DNA of 64,000 nucleotides, from assembly GCA_945903305.1 (NCBI GenBank), contig CAMDOA010000002.1, forward strand, positions 54,704 to 118,703. The letters are read 5' to 3'. Numbering within the stretch: position 1 is the first letter of the stretch; each line of letters starts with the position of its first letter. Shown here piece after piece: positions 30,081-39,819 of this stretch. A program made the translations under genes and the position numbers. Source of the stretch: Chitinophaga pinensis (GTDB lineage: Bacteria; Bacteroidota; Bacteroidia; Chitinophagales; UBA10324). The notes below the pieces were generated by a model. That model worked only from the letters and a program-made list of their open reading frames with translations, did no database searches and was not told where the DNA came from.

Positions 30081-30485
30081 TTAATTTTTATTTTGAACGG
30101 CAAGCACCATCCGCACTTTCAGTTTAGCTCCGATGTCAAGTATGTCAACAAAATCCTGAACACTTAATGAGGCATCAACTTTTAAAACCACTGATGGATC
30201 AACAACCGTTTTTATTTTTTCTTGTAAAGAAATTTCTAAAGTTTCAATTGAAACAGGTGCATCATCAATAGTTACATTCCTGTTCGCATCAACACTTACA
30301 TTAATCATCTTCTTAGCAACGGTCTGTTCGCCGGTTGCCCGTGGTAAAATCAATTTTATTACGGATGGATTTACCATGGTTGAAATAATTAAAAAGAACA
30401 ACAGCAACATGAACATGATATCGTTTAATGAACTGGTGCTCACTTCCGATTTAAGTCGACTTCTTCTTCCTCCTCTGAGATTCAT
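30081..30485 (-). CDS. exbD: ExbD/TolR biopolymer transport protein
   Basis: 134 aa with a single N-terminal TM (SLNDIMFMLLLFFLI) and the ExbD periplasmic domain. Confidence 0.88.
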   Translation of the reverse strand: MNLRGGRRSRLKSEVSTSSLNDIMFMLLLFFLIISTMVNPSVIKLILPRATGEQTVAKKMINVSVDANRNVTIDDAPVSIETLEISLQEKIKTVVDPSVVLKVDASLSVQDFVDILDIGAKLKVRMVLAVQNKN

Positions 30486-31201
30486 TATGATGTAGGTTCC
30501 TGTATGAGGTCAACAAATTCTATTGCATTGCTTTCCAATTGGTAACTCACACGGTCAATCATACTGTTCAAATAATGGAATGCAATGTGAGCGAATATTC
30601 CAACTATCAAACCGGCAGCGGATGTAATCATCTTCTCATACAAGCCGCCGGCAATAATGTCAATCGAAATATTTTTCTCAATCGAAATGGTATAGAAAAT
30701 TTTTATCACTCCGCTAATAGTTCCAACAAAGCCCATCATAGGTGCAATGCCGGCAATGATCCCTAACCAGCTGATATTTTTTTCGAGACGATAAATTTCC
30801 AGTTTCCCTTCATTCTCTACTGCCGATTCAACTTCCTTAATTGGCTTGCCTATTCTTTTTATTCCTTTCAACAGCAACCGGGCGATTGGGGTATTTTGAT
30901 TCTTACAATGTGCAATGGCAGCTTCCATTTTTCCATTCACCAGATAATCGCGAATACTCTTGATGAAATTATCATCAATGCGCGAAGCTTTTCGAATAGT
31001 TAAAAACCGTTCGATTGTAAGATAAAGTGCCAGCACCGATAATAATCCGATTGGAATCATTACCCATCCGCCCTTCATGAGCATTTGCAAAAAACTAAGC
31101 GACTCAGCAGGAACTCCTGTTGTAACAAGATTGGTAGTTACAACAGCAACAGTATCCTTAATTGAATCTGCGGCCATATTTATTTGAAGTAGTAAACTCA
31201 T
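30485..31201 (-). CDS. exbB: MotA/TolQ/ExbB proton-channel protein
   Basis: 238 aa, three TM helices. The LGIIAGIAPMMGFVGTISG motif is typical of ExbB. Its stop overlaps the exbD start. Confidence 0.9.
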   Translation of the reverse strand: MSLLLQINMAADSIKDTVAVVTTNLVTTGVPAESLSFLQMLMKGGWVMIPIGLLSVLALYLTIERFLTIRKASRIDDNFIKSIRDYLVNGKMEAAIAHCKNQNTPIARLLLKGIKRIGKPIKEVESAVENEGKLEIYRLEKNISWLGIIAGIAPMMGFVGTISGVIKIFYTISIEKNISIDIIAGGLYEKMITSAAGLIVGIFAHIAFHYLNSMIDRVSYQLESNAIEFVDLIQEPTS

Positions 31202-31253
31202 TTTATTTATTATGCGTGTTTAAACGATGTTAGATTATTATTTATTATTTCAA

Positions 31254-31261
31254 CAAAAATA
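31254..31261 (-). promoter_or_regulatory. Candidate -7 box TATTTTTG (minus strand) for the exbB operon
   Basis: TAnnTTTG match 52 nt upstream of the exbB ATG. Confidence 0.35.
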
Positions 31262-31333
31262 TTTCCTGAGTTAAGAGGCTTTGTATGTTACATTCAACAG
31301 TAACAAAATGCTTGTAGTGAATTGTAGGCGGTT

Positions 31334-31440
31334 TTTAGCTGTATGCGATTAACTGTATGCGATTAGCGATTAGCACTGAGCTTATTGAATGCAGAAATTT
31401 CTCATAACTGCAACACCTGGCGGCTAACAGCTAATAGCTA
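31334..31440. repeat. Low-complexity word repeat / inverted repeat (CTGTATGCGATTA x2, GCGATTAGC words) in a 3' spacer
   Basis: ctgtatgcgattaactgtatgcgattagcgattagcactgagc faces ggctaacagctaatagcta. The reverse complement of the second arm is tagctattagctgttagcc. Same word family as 1351-1456. Confidence 0.6.
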
Positions 31441-31442
31441 TT

Positions 31443-32156
31443 TCACAAATGCAGATAATACGGAGCGAGTAATTCCATAAATCGCTCAGTATATTTTCCA
31501 TCTTTTTCGTGAATGAATATTTTTTCTTGTTGAAAATTTTCAGGATGGAATGAAAATGAAATGATAAACAGATGTGGGGCTTTTGCTTCAGAAGAAGAAA
31601 TCACCATTTTTTTTTCAGGAAATAAATGCTGAACAGAACAATAATTTTCAAATACAATCATCTCATTTGGTGGAAGCATGATAAATGCAGTTCCGTTTTC
31701 ACTGAGATGTTTTGATAAAACGATTGATAAATTTTCGTGAGAAAGTGAATCGTTATGACGAGCTAATGATTTCCGTTCATCTTCATTTTTTTTATGTGAG
31801 GTAAAGAACGGCGGATTGCAAACTATCAAATCAAATTTTGAATCGGTGTGCTCACTCCAGAATGAAACCTCTGCATGGATTGTCTTCATTTTTTCATTCC
31901 ATGGCGACGCATTAAAATTTTCTATTGCTGATTCCGCGGAGTGCTTATCTACTTCAACACCCAAAATACAAGTTGCATCTGATTTTTGTGCAAGCATCAA
32001 TGCAAGCAAACCGGTTCCTGTGCCGATATCGAGAATTGATTTTGCTTCTTTAGTTTCAATCAATGCGCCAAATAAACAAGCATCGGTAGTAACCTTTAAA
32101 GGGGCAGTTGCCTGCTGAATTGTAAATTGTTTGAACTGAAAAAATGAATTGCTCAT
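31443..32156 (-). CDS. tRNA1(Val) (adenine37-N6)-methyltransferase (TrmN6/YfiC family)
   Basis: FQFKQFTI....A.LKVTTDA.L.GA, the SAM motif ILDIGTGTGL, and the catalytic NPPF. I chose the start at 32156 (MSNSFFQ) because a -7 box lies 21 nt upstream, inside the longer ORF. Confidence 0.85.
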   Translation of the reverse strand: MSNSFFQFKQFTIQQATAPLKVTTDACLFGALIETKEAKSILDIGTGTGLLALMLAQKSDATCILGVEVDKHSAESAIENFNASPWNEKMKTIHAEVSFWSEHTDSKFDLIVCNPPFFTSHKKNEDERKSLARHNDSLSHENLSIVLSKHLSENGTAFIMLPPNEMIVFENYCSVQHLFPEKKMVISSSEAKAPHLFIISFSFHPENFQQEKIFIHEKDGKYTERFMELLAPYYLHL

Positions 32157-32177
32157 AGGAATTAGAAAAATAAAACA

Positions 32178-32185
32178 CAAATTTA
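32178..32185 (-). promoter_or_regulatory. Candidate -7 box TAAATTTG (minus strand) for the methyltransferase gene
   Basis: Exact TAnnTTTG match 21 nt upstream of the ATG at 32156. Confidence 0.4.
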
Positions 32186-32199
32186 TACGGTGAAAAAAT

Positions 32200-33201
32200 T
32201 CAAATTCCTTTTATCCGTTCAATTAATTTTTTGAATGACTCTGAACTGATAGCTTTCATTCTTCCTCGTTGAATAACCATTTGGTCCCCCTCTTTTTTTA
32301 AATCATAATTGAATACAAAATCGTTTTTATCGCCAAACAAATCGGCTAATCCAAAACGCAAATCGTGCAGGCTGATGTTTCCGGAACTATCCTTTGTTAA
32401 ACAGTAATATCCCTGCGAAAACCGAATTAACCGGTTGTATGCCGGGTCATTCTGAAAATCATTTCCCAACTCATGATTGCCCGGAATATAGCTAAATGAA
32501 ACGCTATCGTTTTTGTCAAGCACCGAATAATAACCGGTATAAAATCCGGTATTGTCCTCAGCCAGTATGAACCATAAAAAATTATTTAATGGGGTAGGTG
32601 TAGTGATGTATCGATTCACTATAATTTCCTGTTGATGGAAATTTTTTTCAGCAATTTTATTAATAGTTGCCTTGTTATAAAAAGTGTAACCTAAATAACC
32701 GATCGACGGAATTAATCCGGCAAGTGCCCAGGCGGTTCTCCATTTACTATTATTTCGCACAATCAATAATGCAATGGCTGAAATAATAAATGGTAATGAA
32801 TAAAACGGATCAGCAACAAAAATGGTGTTGAATGTAACTCGGGTATGTGTGCATGGTTCAAACCAACCGGTTCCGTAAGCGGTCATTGAATCAATAAGTA
32901 TATGCGAAAACAAGCCGCAACCCCAAAGCATTAACCACCCTGAAAAATTCATTGCTTGATACTTTTTATTAGATAAATAAGCTGCAACAATTGAAGCAAT
33001 AATTACAAATAAAATCGAGTGGGTGAATCCACGGTGTTGAAGCAAACTTTTATCGACTGATACAAAAAAGGAAGTGACCACATCAATATCCGGTAAGCTA
33101 TTCGCAATGGCTCCAAAAAGCATGGCCTTTCTGCCAATTTTTTTACCGGCGATTAATTCGCCCTGTATCATGCCGATTACTATGTGTGTGAGTGAATCCA
33201 T
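32200..33201 (-). CDS. Membrane-bound metal-dependent hydrolase (YdjM/DUF457 family) with C-terminal extension
   Basis: MDSLTHIVIG... plus His-rich TM motifs (HRGFTHS, SHILIDS). Confidence 0.75.
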   Translation of the reverse strand: MDSLTHIVIGMIQGELIAGKKIGRKAMLFGAIANSLPDIDVVTSFFVSVDKSLLQHRGFTHSILFVIIASIVAAYLSNKKYQAMNFSGWLMLWGCGLFSHILIDSMTAYGTGWFEPCTHTRVTFNTIFVADPFYSLPFIISAIALLIVRNNSKWRTAWALAGLIPSIGYLGYTFYNKATINKIAEKNFHQQEIIVNRYITTPTPLNNFLWFILAEDNTGFYTGYYSVLDKNDSVSFSYIPGNHELGNDFQNDPAYNRLIRFSQGYYCLTKDSSGNISLHDLRFGLADLFGDKNDFVFNYDLKKEGDQMVIQRGRMKAISSESFKKLIERIKGI

Positions 33202-33219
33202 TATACAAGTTCGAAAGGA

Positions 33220-34029
33220 TTACTTGAAAATTAATTTATTACGAATTTCATTCTTTACTATTTCTGTTTCAATCATTTTCATCACTTGGTTTTTTAAATC
33301 TGAAAGGTTATCCAATGTTAAACCGGCTACCGGAACATTTTCTAAAAATATAGTTTTCGTTTTTCCGGGTGACATTTTAAAAAAAGAATCGCGTGGTAAA
33401 ATATTTTTCACATTCAAATATACCATTGGTACAATGGGTGTTTGTGTTTCAATGGCAATCCGAAACGCTCCATCAAAAAATTTACTGAGTGGTTTTTCAG
33501 AATAATTAAACCCACCTTCAGGAAAAATGATAATGCTGATTTTTTTTGAAAGCACATGTTTTAATATGCGAATACTTTTAGCCCGATTTACTTTATCACT
33601 TCGGTCAACCAAAATCACTCCATATCGATATATCCAGCCAAACACCGGCACCCGTCTTATTTCTTCCTTGCCTAAAGCCCTGAACTGCCCCCGCAATGAA
33701 AGCATGGTGACCGGCGCATCAAGATAACTATCATGATTGGCAACATAAATAAACGGACCTTGTAAATTATCAGGTCGAGCCCCTTCATTCTCATGACTAA
33801 TGCCACATAAAAAAAACCAGGTACGCGCCCAAAATTTTATCAATAAAAAAATAATGCTGCCACCGACATAAACTCCGAACAATGCGGCAACTATCATAAA
33901 TGGCAGAAATAAAAACATCAACACAATAAACATGATCCATGAATAAATGCGATAAAAAAACAGAAAAAACTCTTTCATAAAAACAGATTGTGCAGCATGT
34001 GGTTTTGGGCGAAATGTATTTACATTCAA
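33220..34029 (-). CDS. plsC: 1-acyl-sn-glycerol-3-phosphate acyltransferase (PlsC family)
   Basis: HX4D motif ANHDSYLDAP and the FPEGG block. An alternative start at 33978 (MKEFF) is possible. Confidence 0.85.
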   Translation of the reverse strand: MNVNTFRPKPHAAQSVFMKEFFLFFYRIYSWIMFIVLMFLFLPFMIVAALFGVYVGGSIIFLLIKFWARTWFFLCGISHENEGARPDNLQGPFIYVANHDSYLDAPVTMLSLRGQFRALGKEEIRRVPVFGWIYRYGVILVDRSDKVNRAKSIRILKHVLSKKISIIIFPEGGFNYSEKPLSKFFDGAFRIAIETQTPIVPMVYLNVKNILPRDSFFKMSPGKTKTIFLENVPVAGLTLDNLSDLKNQVMKMIETEIVKNEIRNKLIFK

Positions 34030-34103
34030 TTAATCAGCGACAATAATCTTTTTCCGTTCATTTTAATTGATTTCAATATTTTTGTTGGCATCACAAAAAA
34101 CTA

Positions 34104-34577
34104 TTGAAATTGCAAATCGAAACAGAACAGATAGCGCTTAGAAAATTATTTGGAAAAGAATTATTTATTCCTGAAGAAATTATTCATTATGATTTTAATT
34201 TAAGAGGCGGATTTAAAAAAAAAATATTGTTTATTACTCAAGGCGAAGGTGTTCCGGTTTTCATACCAGAAATTGAATTAATGTTTCAGCGAATGATTAA
34301 CAATTTGAAATCGAACGAAAATGAAATAGGAATTCTTGATTTAAAATTTACTCAAGTTTATTTTTCCAATCTGAAAAGAACGCTGCAACCAAAAATTATT
34401 ATTTCGTTTGGAATAAATACTGCTGATTTTGGATTGCATATGGAGATAACCAAAAACAAGATTATAACAACGGCTGATTTTCTCTTATTGCCAACTGACT
34501 CATTTGCTGAATTATTTAATTCAGATGTGAAAAAGAAAGAGCTATTCCCACAATTGAAGCAATTATTTTCACCCTAA
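34104..34577 (+). CDS. Hypothetical protein
   Basis: 157-aa ORF with a TTG start and no recognisable motif. It sits 10 nt upstream of rdgB. Confidence 0.45.
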   Translation: MKLQIETEQIALRKLFGKELFIPEEIIHYDFNLRGGFKKKILFITQGEGVPVFIPEIELMFQRMINNLKSNENEIGILDLKFTQVYFSNLKRTLQPKIIISFGINTADFGLHMEITKNKIITTADFLLLPTDSFAELFNSDVKKKELFPQLKQLFSP

Positions 34578-34587
34578 ATATTAAAAA

Positions 34588-35172
34588 TTGAAATTATTGT
34601 TTGCTACACAAAACGAAAATAAAGTAAATGAAATCAAACATTTAATTGGTTTAAACCATCAATTAATAACCTTATTTGATTTGAAATTTGATGAAGAATT
34701 AAATGAATCATCCATGTTGCTCGAAGAAAACGCATTGGAAAAAGCAAATTTCATTTATCATAAATTCAGAATTAATTGTTTTTCGGAAGACACCGGATTA
34801 GAAATTGAAGCGCTAAACGAAGCCCCGGGAGCAATGAGTGCCAGGTATGCAGGTGAGCAAAAAACTGCAGAAAAAAATATTGAGAAAGTTTTGATGGAAA
34901 TGAATAATCATCAAAATCGAAATGCAAGGTTTCGCACTGTAATTGCGTTAGTTATTGAAGGTAAAGAATTTCTTTATGAAGGAGTGATAAAGGGTAAAAT
35001 TTGCTTAACTAAACAAGGAAGCGGCGGATTTGGATACGATCCAATTTTTCAACCCGATGGATATACTAAAACTTTTGCTGAAATGACCATCGAAGAAAAA
35101 AGCACAATAAGCCACCGGACAATAGCGTTTTCAAAAATGAAAGAATTTCTTCAATCTGAATTTGCAGAATAA
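34588..35172 (+). CDS. rdgB: Non-canonical purine NTP pyrophosphatase (RdgB/HAM1)
   Basis: 194 aa. FAT.N..K..E, EDTGLEI.AL...PG..SARYAG, GFGYDPIF and SHR motifs. Confidence 0.9.
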   Translation: MKLLFATQNENKVNEIKHLIGLNHQLITLFDLKFDEELNESSMLLEENALEKANFIYHKFRINCFSEDTGLEIEALNEAPGAMSARYAGEQKTAEKNIEKVLMEMNNHQNRNARFRTVIALVIEGKEFLYEGVIKGKICLTKQGSGGFGYDPIFQPDGYTKTFAEMTIEEKSTISHRTIAFSKMKEFLQSEFAE

Positions 35173-35299
35173 AATGAAAACAAAATATTTTGCCTCAAGA
35201 AAACAAACAGATATTAAATAAAGTAACTAACCTGTGTTTTAATTTGCTTTTGACTTGCAACCCTTTTCATTACATTTAACTCTTTAAACTATTGAACTT

Positions 35300-35875
35300 A
35301 TGAAATTCAGAATCAAAAAACATTATTCTGACATTGATCTGATAACCGGTTGCCTTAGGGGTGAACGCAAGTATCAGGAAAGTCTGTATAACCAGCATGG
35401 CTCTACCATGTTTGCAATATGCTTACGATATGCAAATGATTATTACCAGGCGGAAGACATGTTACAGGAAGGATTTATTAAAGTTTTCAACAACATAAAA
35501 AATTTCAGAAACGAAGGTTCATTTGAAGGTTGGTTGAAAAGGATATTTGTAAACACAGCCATTGAATGTTTAAGAAAAAATAAAGTAATGAATGAAATGC
35601 AGGATGTTGAAAATGTACCACTTCACATTGTGCAGGACGATTGCTTCAGTCAATTAGCAGCTGATGATTTAATGAAATTAATTCAAAACTTATCACCCGG
35701 ATATCGCACCGTGTTTAACCTTTATTCCATTGAAGGTTATTCGCATAAAGAAATTGCCGGAATAATGAACATTAACGAAGGCACTTCTAAATCGCAACTG
35801 GCAAGAGCTCGTTACACTTTACAAAAGATGGTAGTCCAAACCAATAAAGTACAATATGCCGCAGCAGTTCTCTGA
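35300..35875 (+). CDS. ECF-type RNA polymerase sigma factor (module 1)
   Basis: 191 aa. Region 2 (AEDMLQEGFIKVF, FEGWLKRIFVNTAI) and region 4 (GYSHKEIAGIMNINEGTSKSQLARAR). Confidence 0.9.
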   Translation: MKFRIKKHYSDIDLITGCLRGERKYQESLYNQHGSTMFAICLRYANDYYQAEDMLQEGFIKVFNNIKNFRNEGSFEGWLKRIFVNTAIECLRKNKVMNEMQDVENVPLHIVQDDCFSQLAADDLMKLIQNLSPGYRTVFNLYSIEGYSHKEIAGIMNINEGTSKSQLARARYTLQKMVVQTNKVQYAAAVL

Positions 35876-37061
35876 TAATAATACTGACAAAGTTTTTCGC
35901 GAAAAATTAAGCGGAATTCGTGTTGAACCCCGATCCAGGGTTTGGTATCGTGTTTCAGCCGGGCTTGATCGTAATGCTTCATTAAATGCACATAAAAAAC
36001 GCAAGGTCTTTGGATTACTAATTGGCATTATACTAATTACCGGAATTACATTAACAGCTGTACTTGATCCGACCGCCACTAGAAAGATAGTTTCGAATTT
36101 TGATGGGCAAATACTCACTCCTGATGTATCAGAGCATAAAAATCAGAATCTAATTTCAAAGGCACATTTGTCATCAAAGCAAGATGTATCCATTCATTTT
36201 TTTACAGGTAGGAAAAATATTCAGAATAACATTGAAACAACTATTGGGGCTTCGACAATTGCAACCGCAACTACTGAAATCTTAATAAACAATATCAATT
36301 ATTTTAATCCCCGAACTATTTTATTTACTAATGAATATCAAAATTCGCAGGCGGTTGATTTAGATAAACAAATCACCATTCAACTACTAAAAAATAAAAA
36401 ATTCAGTTTAAGAAATCTCTTTTATACAAACAATTGCAACAATAATTTATACATCGGCGGGTATTTCAATATTAATAATTCGACATTCAAAGATCAGGAA
36501 CTGAAACAAAACACCAATTATGAAAGCAAGCCAAAATACGGAAATGCAATTACAGTTTTTGCTGGATACCGGTTTTTAAAGCACCTGAGTGCTGAAATGG
36601 GGTATACTGTATTTTCTGATAAAGGAGTCAACTATTCAAATGTGACTATGTCAAGAGAGAAAAACTCGAAGCCTGTAAATAATGATTATGAAATTTCGCT
36701 TCGGTACCAGCAGTTTCCACTAAAACTCCGATATGAAGTTGAAATCTGGTCGGGTATTTTAAATAAAAAAGTTTCGTATAGCCTGGCTATTGGAGCTAAT
36801 TATGGAAAATTGAAGGAAGTAAAATATTCAAATAGTGATTATATCATTGATAGTAAATTCAAACAAACTGAATTATCGGCTGAAGCGAATATTGAAGTGT
36901 CTGTTAAATTAAATAGTCATCTATCGGTTTTCACCGGAGCAAGTGCGTCTTATGGCAACCGCATTTTTTTAGAAGCGCAACGAGTTAGCCCATTCAATTA
37001 TCCGCATAATTTTTTAGTCGGGCTGCAAGCAGGGATGAAATATAATTTTTGCAGTAATTAA
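35856..37061 (+). CDS. Anti-sigma-like N-terminal segment plus TM helix fused to a C-terminal outer-membrane beta-barrel-like domain
   Basis: 401 aa, overlapping the sigma gene by 20 nt. N-terminal segment FREKLSGIRVEP.SRVW..V, TM helix FGLLIGIILITGITLTAVL, and a C-terminal region of alternating-hydrophobic strands ending in GMKYNF. Confidence 0.7.
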   Translation: MPQQFSDNNTDKVFREKLSGIRVEPRSRVWYRVSAGLDRNASLNAHKKRKVFGLLIGIILITGITLTAVLDPTATRKIVSNFDGQILTPDVSEHKNQNLISKAHLSSKQDVSIHFFTGRKNIQNNIETTIGASTIATATTEILINNINYFNPRTILFTNEYQNSQAVDLDKQITIQLLKNKKFSLRNLFYTNNCNNNLYIGGYFNINNSTFKDQELKQNTNYESKPKYGNAITVFAGYRFLKHLSAEMGYTVFSDKGVNYSNVTMSREKNSKPVNNDYEISLRYQQFPLKLRYEVEIWSGILNKKVSYSLAIGANYGKLKEVKYSNSDYIIDSKFKQTELSAEANIEVSVKLNSHLSVFTGASASYGNRIFLEAQRVSPFNYPHNFLVGLQAGMKYNFCSN

Positions 37062-37176
37062 TACAGTCACTTCACATCGTATTATTTTTATAAAATATTA
37101 AGCTGATATTTGAATTAAATACAAAAGAAATATTCTTTCTGTAACATTTTAATAATCAAATGCGCTTCACTGTTAA

Positions 37177-37665
37177 ATGACGGTTAAGGAATACAACCAA
37201 AGTGTTGAATTATACTCCGACCGGGTTTTTCGATTCATTTACAAAAACACTCGCGACAGAGATGATGCAAATGATGTGGTGCAGAATGCTTTTGAAATTC
37301 TCTGGAAAAATCATGAGCGGGTAGAATTTGAAAAATGCAGGAGTTACCTTTTCACGGTTGCCTATCATAACTTCATTGATCAGGTGAGAAAAATGAAGCG
37401 GATAACAAGAATGGAAGACCATCATGAAGATTTGATGGAGGCGCCTGACAGAAGTTACAAAGGCGTGAAGGAAATTGTGGAGCAAGCACTTAGTAAATTA
37501 CCTGAAGTACAGAAAAATGTGGTGATGCTGAGAGACTACGAAGGGTATGATTACGCTGAAATCGGAAACATTACCGGCTTAACCGAATCGCAAGTGAAAG
37601 TTTACATTTTCAGAGCAAGACAAACATTGAAAGATTACTTAGTTGGCGTGGAGAAAGTGATTTGA
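37177..37665 (+). CDS. ECF-type RNA polymerase sigma factor (module 2)
   Basis: 162 aa. Region 2 (DANDVVQNAFEILW, YLFTVAYHNFID) and region 4 (GYDYAEIGNITGLTESQVKVYIFRAR). Confidence 0.9.
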   Translation: MTVKEYNQSVELYSDRVFRFIYKNTRDRDDANDVVQNAFEILWKNHERVEFEKCRSYLFTVAYHNFIDQVRKMKRITRMEDHHEDLMEAPDRSYKGVKEIVEQALSKLPEVQKNVVMLRDYEGYDYAEIGNITGLTESQVKVYIFRARQTLKDYLVGVEKVI

Positions 37666-37702
37666 AAAAGAAAGGAACATCTGTAAAAAAATATATGAAT
37701 AA

Positions 37703-38587
37703 TTGACTAATAGAACCAATGAACAAATAAACTATCCAGTGAAAATCAACAGAAATAATTACGAAGACTTCCTCATTCAGAAATTAGAAGGTATGCTTAA
37801 CACCGAACAAAATGCGGAGTTAGATTTATTTCTTCATAACCATGCTGATATTAAATCGGAGTGGGAAGCTTTTGAATTAACCCGTTTAATTCCTGATGAA
37901 AGTTTAGTTTTTGAAAATAAAGGTTTGCTGAAGAAAAAAGAAAATGCCGGAGTTATTCCAATGTACCGATCCATGCTGTATGTGGCCTCCATTGCGGCAT
38001 CCTTATTATTTGTGTTGCTTTTTTCACAGAAATATTTAATTAATCTGCCATCGGAAAACCCAGTAGTTGTTGCTGAAAATAATTCATTGAATAATAATCA
38101 ATCAAGAGTAAATAGCGAACCATCAAAAGTTAGCAGCACTTCTTCTTCAAACAACAATGCAATCATTGCGGATAATTTTCCTTCCGAAAAACAAGCGGTT
38201 TTTTCTAAACAAGTATCAACAAATTATCCGAAGCAATTCTTAAGCAACCAAATTTCAACAACTCCTCTGCAGACCAACATACAACCAATGAAAATTCTTG
38301 CACACACCGCAATGAAAATATATCCGCGTGTGTCGTATGCAAGTTTTATCTGGACTAAAGGATTAATGAAACCTCAGGTGCCTGTACGCAATACAACCGA
38401 AGCAGGTGCCTGGCTGCAAATTGCGAGTATATTAGGTTCTGAAATTGTTCGGTTAAGTGGCCGGGGCGAAAGATTGAATAAAGCACCGCTTGAATTACAT
38501 ATCAAAAACAATCCCATTCAATTGAATATTAATAATCCCTATATAAAATTTCATAAAGTCATTTCATTCAAAAAGAAAAATAAATAA
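37703..38587 (+). CDS. Putative anti-sigma factor (single TM, Ser/Asn-rich periplasmic part)
   Basis: Position directly after the ECF sigma gene. N-terminal helix NYEDFLIQKLEGML..EQNAELD.FL, TM helix MLYVASIAASLLFVLLF. The start is uncertain: TTG 37703 or GTG 37739. Confidence 0.6.
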   Translation: MTNRTNEQINYPVKINRNNYEDFLIQKLEGMLNTEQNAELDLFLHNHADIKSEWEAFELTRLIPDESLVFENKGLLKKKENAGVIPMYRSMLYVASIAASLLFVLLFSQKYLINLPSENPVVVAENNSLNNNQSRVNSEPSKVSSTSSSNNNAIIADNFPSEKQAVFSKQVSTNYPKQFLSNQISTTPLQTNIQPMKILAHTAMKIYPRVSYASFIWTKGLMKPQVPVRNTTEAGAWLQIASILGSEIVRLSGRGERLNKAPLELHIKNNPIQLNINNPYIKFHKVISFKKKNK

Positions 38588-38597
38588 ACCATCATAC

Positions 38598-39686
38598 ATG
38601 AAAATAATTTTCATTTCACTTTTCCTCTTGTCATTTTCATTCAGCCAAGCACAAATTGTGGAGGCACCACCTTCGATTCCGGAAAAAGAAACCGGTAAAG
38701 GAGCTGATCATCAAAAGGCCTATGATGATGCCATGCAGCAGCTGGATAAAGCCATTAAAACCCTGAATCAATCGCTTAAGAAAATTGATAGCATGAGCGC
38801 CAAAGGATATCGGGGAGATATTCCGTCGATACCCCCGATTCCGCCTATGCCTGATTTTGCAGATCATGAAGAGATGGATATAGTTTTAAAAATTATGGAG
38901 GATAGTTTGGAGCTGTTTGAAATGTCAATGGAGAAATTTGCCGACAGCTTGGAAGTGGCTATTGGCAAAATGAAAATTGAAATTAATGACGATGGTGAGA
39001 GGCGCGTAATGATTATTGAACAGGAAGAAATTGATTCAACTGATAAAGAATCCAACGCAAGAAAAAAGGTTGAGACTAAAATGTTCGGGTTAGACATAGG
39101 TGTATGCGCTTACCTGCAAGATGGTGGAACAATGATTACAGCGCCCTACACACCGCTTGAATTAAAACTTGGAAAAAGTGTGAATGTTAACCTGCACATA
39201 CTTCATCAGAACATTAGCATCATTAAACATTATGTTGGTATTGATTGGGGAATTTATGCCGAACTCAATAATTATCGTTTTGCTAACGATGCATTAATCA
39301 TTTCTAAAATCGAAACTGTTGGTTTTATGATTGAAAGCGGTGTGAGTTATAAGAAGAACAAATTATTTTCATCGTACTTGAATTTACCAGTGACATTACG
39401 ATTTGAAACCAATCCGAAAGAACCTAAGCGTTCATTCAATTTAGCAATTGGCGGTTATGCAGGTTATTTACTGGGCGCCCATACAAAAACTGTAAAGTCT
39501 GATAAAGAATCAAACAAAGTTCATGATGATTTCAATCTCAATAAAATGCATTATGGTGTTACTGCACGCATCGGTTACAGCTGGTTCGACTTGTATGTTA
39601 CCTATAGTTTAACTCCTTTGTTCAACAATAGAACATCACCCGATTTAACCCCTGTTTCAGCAGGCATTGCATTAGTTGGTTTTTGA
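38598..39686 (+). CDS. Outer-membrane beta-barrel protein with signal peptide and acidic helical N-terminal region
   Basis: 362 aa. Signal peptide ending FSQAQ, and a C-terminal half of amphipathic beta strands ending in the aromatic residue IALVGF. Confidence 0.7.
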   Translation: MKIIFISLFLLSFSFSQAQIVEAPPSIPEKETGKGADHQKAYDDAMQQLDKAIKTLNQSLKKIDSMSAKGYRGDIPSIPPIPPMPDFADHEEMDIVLKIMEDSLELFEMSMEKFADSLEVAIGKMKIEINDDGERRVMIIEQEEIDSTDKESNARKKVETKMFGLDIGVCAYLQDGGTMITAPYTPLELKLGKSVNVNLHILHQNISIIKHYVGIDWGIYAELNNYRFANDALIISKIETVGFMIESGVSYKKNKLFSSYLNLPVTLRFETNPKEPKRSFNLAIGGYAGYLLGAHTKTVKSDKESNKVHDDFNLNKMHYGVTARIGYSWFDLYVTYSLTPLFNNRTSPDLTPVSAGIALVGF

Positions 39687-39780
39687 TTTAAACCCGAACC
39701 AACAAACCCGAAACTCATTACTTAAAATAAAAGACTAATTTTTTTCTGAAAGGTGTTTTGGTAAAAATGAAGTCTTCTTA

Positions 39781-39817
39781 AAACCCGGTGAACCTGCAAA
39801 TGGTTTCCGGGTTTTTT
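39781..39817. terminator. Bidirectional terminator between convergent genes
   Basis: Stem aaacccgg...ccgggttt, with a T-run on the plus strand and ttttaag on the minus strand. Confidence 0.6.
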
Positions 39818-39819
39818 AT

